From positions 64,001 to 101,075 of IMG/VR virus record IMGVR_UViG_3300010163_000013: a stretch of 37,075 nucleotides of DNA; one strand, given 5' to 3'. Shown here piece by piece: positions 35,476 to 37,075 of the stretch. Made by a program: the position numbers and the translations under genes. The first letter of the stretch is position 1. Every line of letters starts with the position of its first letter. The notes below the pieces were generated by a model that had not been told where the DNA came from, did no database searches, and saw only the letters and a program-made list of their open reading frames with translations. The stretch comes from a virus (taxonomy: Duplodnaviria > Heunggongvirae > Uroviricota > Caudoviricetes).

Positions 35476-37074
35476 TTATATCTCTGATGTTGGAATTTCT
35501 ATATTGCAACAATAATGTTGATTACCCATAATAGTAATATCTCCTAAATTTGGATAACTACTATTGTTTCCTAAACCATAGGCCTCAATGAAAGGTATAT
35601 TTTCTGGAAGTAAACTACTGTTTACATTAACATTAATATATGAAAAATCATAATTATGTCTTGCTTTAAATGCAATAAATCCTGTATTTAAACTATAAAC
35701 ATCAATTTCACTAATAGGATAATTACTATCTAATGAATTAGTATTTACTTGGAATGCTTTATTTTCAATCAACTTAACAACTGATTCATGAGTAACATTA
35801 CCTGTATGCCAAGGATATGTAACTGTAAATCTTAAAGTTTGAGTGTATTTATATAAATCATCTTCAGCAGCAACAAATAAAGTTATATCAGCCGTTCCAC
35901 AACAATATCTATTTTGAGAGGTAACTGCAAGAACAGCAATAGGATAACGTGTATCTGCATCAAGCTGATATCCTGTATATACAGCAGAAGTATTATTAGA
36001 AGAAGATACACTTACCCAATCTGACCATATGTTATCTATATAAATTCTTTTAAATGTAAAATTTTTTTGATCAGTCACAAAAATTTGATAAGGAGTTCCT
36101 ACATCAAAATCAACATATAAAATTCCATGACTGGAAATAGGCGAATTTGTTGTGAAACTTTTTATATGGTAAATACCAGTTGTTTTAATTGTATTTAAAT
36201 CTATAGAACTATTATAGCATTTACTAAACATAGCATCAATACTTGACGGAGTTATATTTATTGATTTAGCGGCACTACCATTATACGCTCCTTGGCTTGT
36301 ACCATTCAATGATAGTGTTAATGAATTAGCTACACTTTTAGCAGCCCCACCAGATGATGTGCTACCTGCATAATTATGAGTATGATTACTAAAAGAAAAT
36401 GTACTACCTTTTGTTGCTGTTATTGTATTTCCTGATTGAGATATACTTGTAATAGCATTACCAGAACCAGATGTATTAATAGAAGAAGCATAATTACTAT
36501 GAGTATGATTACTTGTTGCAGCACTAATAGCATTCGGAGTTATATTTATAGTTTTAGTAGAACTGCCATCATATGATGTATTTGTAGTACCATTGAATTG
36601 TATATTTAACATATATGGATTTTTCATTGATGTAGGTTTATTAGTAAGATTATTATAATTCTGAATTTCACTTACATCTTTACCACCTAAAGTAGTAGCA
36701 TTGCCATTATCATTGATTTTATTCCAACTACCCCAAGAAGAACTACTACCATATCTTATATATAAGTCTGTTGTACCTTCTTTAATAGCTATTTGTTGAT
36801 AATAACTACCTGAATCTGATTTTAATACTATTAAACTATGATAACTTCCAGTAGTTGGTGCATTGGTAGTTGTTGATCTCATTGTGTAAATACCTGGAGT
36901 TGTCATATTGTTAAAATCTCCTGAAGAAACAACAGTATAAGGAATTGCTCCTATGGATGCAGGTGTTATATTTATTGTTTTAGATGATGAACCATTATAA
37001 ATTCCATTAGTAAGAGTTGTTCCATTTCCTTGAATAGTAAGTGAATATTGATTAGGTAAATATGTAGGCTTATT
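35476..37074 (-). CDS. Tail fibre / receptor-binding protein, 3' part (open to the window end)
   Basis: The frame stays open upstream of the track's ATG 36906 (NKPTYLPNQYSLTIQGNG...). Three NG...Y(D/N)GS..K(T/S)INITP..I.A repeats, HTH fibre motifs (NHTHSNY, NHTHNYAG) and two pyocin-knob-like domains (DFNNMTTPGIY...WGSW; DLNTIKTTGIY...WSDW). Confidence 0.85.
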   Translation of the reverse strand, partial: NKPTYLPNQYSLTIQGNGTTLTNGIYNGSSSKTINITPASIGAIPYTVVSSGDFNNMTTPGIYTMRSTTTNAPTTGSYHSLIVLKSDSGSYYQQIAIKEGTTDLYIRYGSSSSWGSWNKINDNGNATTLGGKDVSEIQNYNNLTNKPTSMKNPYMLNIQFNGTTNTSYDGSSTKTINITPNAISAATSNHTHSNYASSINTSGSGNAITSISQSGNTITATKGSTFSFSNHTHNYAGSTSSGGAAKSVANSLTLSLNGTSQGAYNGSAAKSINITPSSIDAMFSKCYNSSIDLNTIKTTGIYHIKSFTTNSPISSHGILYVDFDVGTPYQIFVTDQKNFTFKRIYIDNIWSDWVSVSSSNNTSAVYTGYQLDADTRYPIAVLAVTSQNRYCCGTADITLFVAAEDDLYKYTQTLRFTVTYPWHTGNVTHESVVKLIENKAFQVNTNSLDSNYPISEIDVYSLNTGFIAFKARHNYDFSYINVNVNSSLLPENIPFIEAYGLGNNSSYPNLGDITIMGNQHYCCNIEIPTSEI

Positions 37075-37075
37075 A

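Noticed and set aside
1-37075. tRNA, rRNA or riboswitch genes
   Set aside because: No intergenic segment shows a cloverleaf, T-loop consensus or GC-rich structured core; a covariance-model scan would be needed to exclude weak ncRNAs.

Overview
Very AT-rich DNA replication and nucleotide-metabolism region of a large (probably jumbo) phage or phage-plasmid. A Clostridia/Firmicutes host is inferred from sigmaA-type TTGACA-17-TATAAT promoters, AAGGAG ribosome-binding sites, a clostridial tandem-OB SSB, ThyX and anaerobic NrdDG. The main result is a fractured replicative polymerase. DnaE (Pol III alpha) is encoded as two separately promoted genes about 9 kb apart (1564-3054 and 12032-14911). The first ends in a 103-aa N-intein and the second starts with a 38-aa C-intein, so the enzyme must be assembled by protein trans-splicing inside the conserved GRG/S motif. 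The second half also carries a 153-aa cis mini-intein at FNK/SH. The predicted mature DnaE is about 1161 aa. About 12 ORFs lie between the halves: a beta clamp, an ADP-ribosyltransferase-like ORF, Cys-rich paralogues, a YopX pseudogene, YhaM and a plasmid-type replication initiator. I recognised no homing endonuclease among them. Elsewhere the window has SbcD, two unrelated SSBs, a HAD nucleotidase, ThyX, a nucleotidyltransferase, NrdD/NrdG, dUTPase, a degenerate ThyA-like protein, an IscB/RRXRR remnant, RecA, an RHH-HIRAN divergent pair with palindromic operators, repeated promoter-terminator cassettes, several pseudogenes and the 3' part of a tail-fibre gene. All family assignments come from motif recognition by eye; no database search was run.
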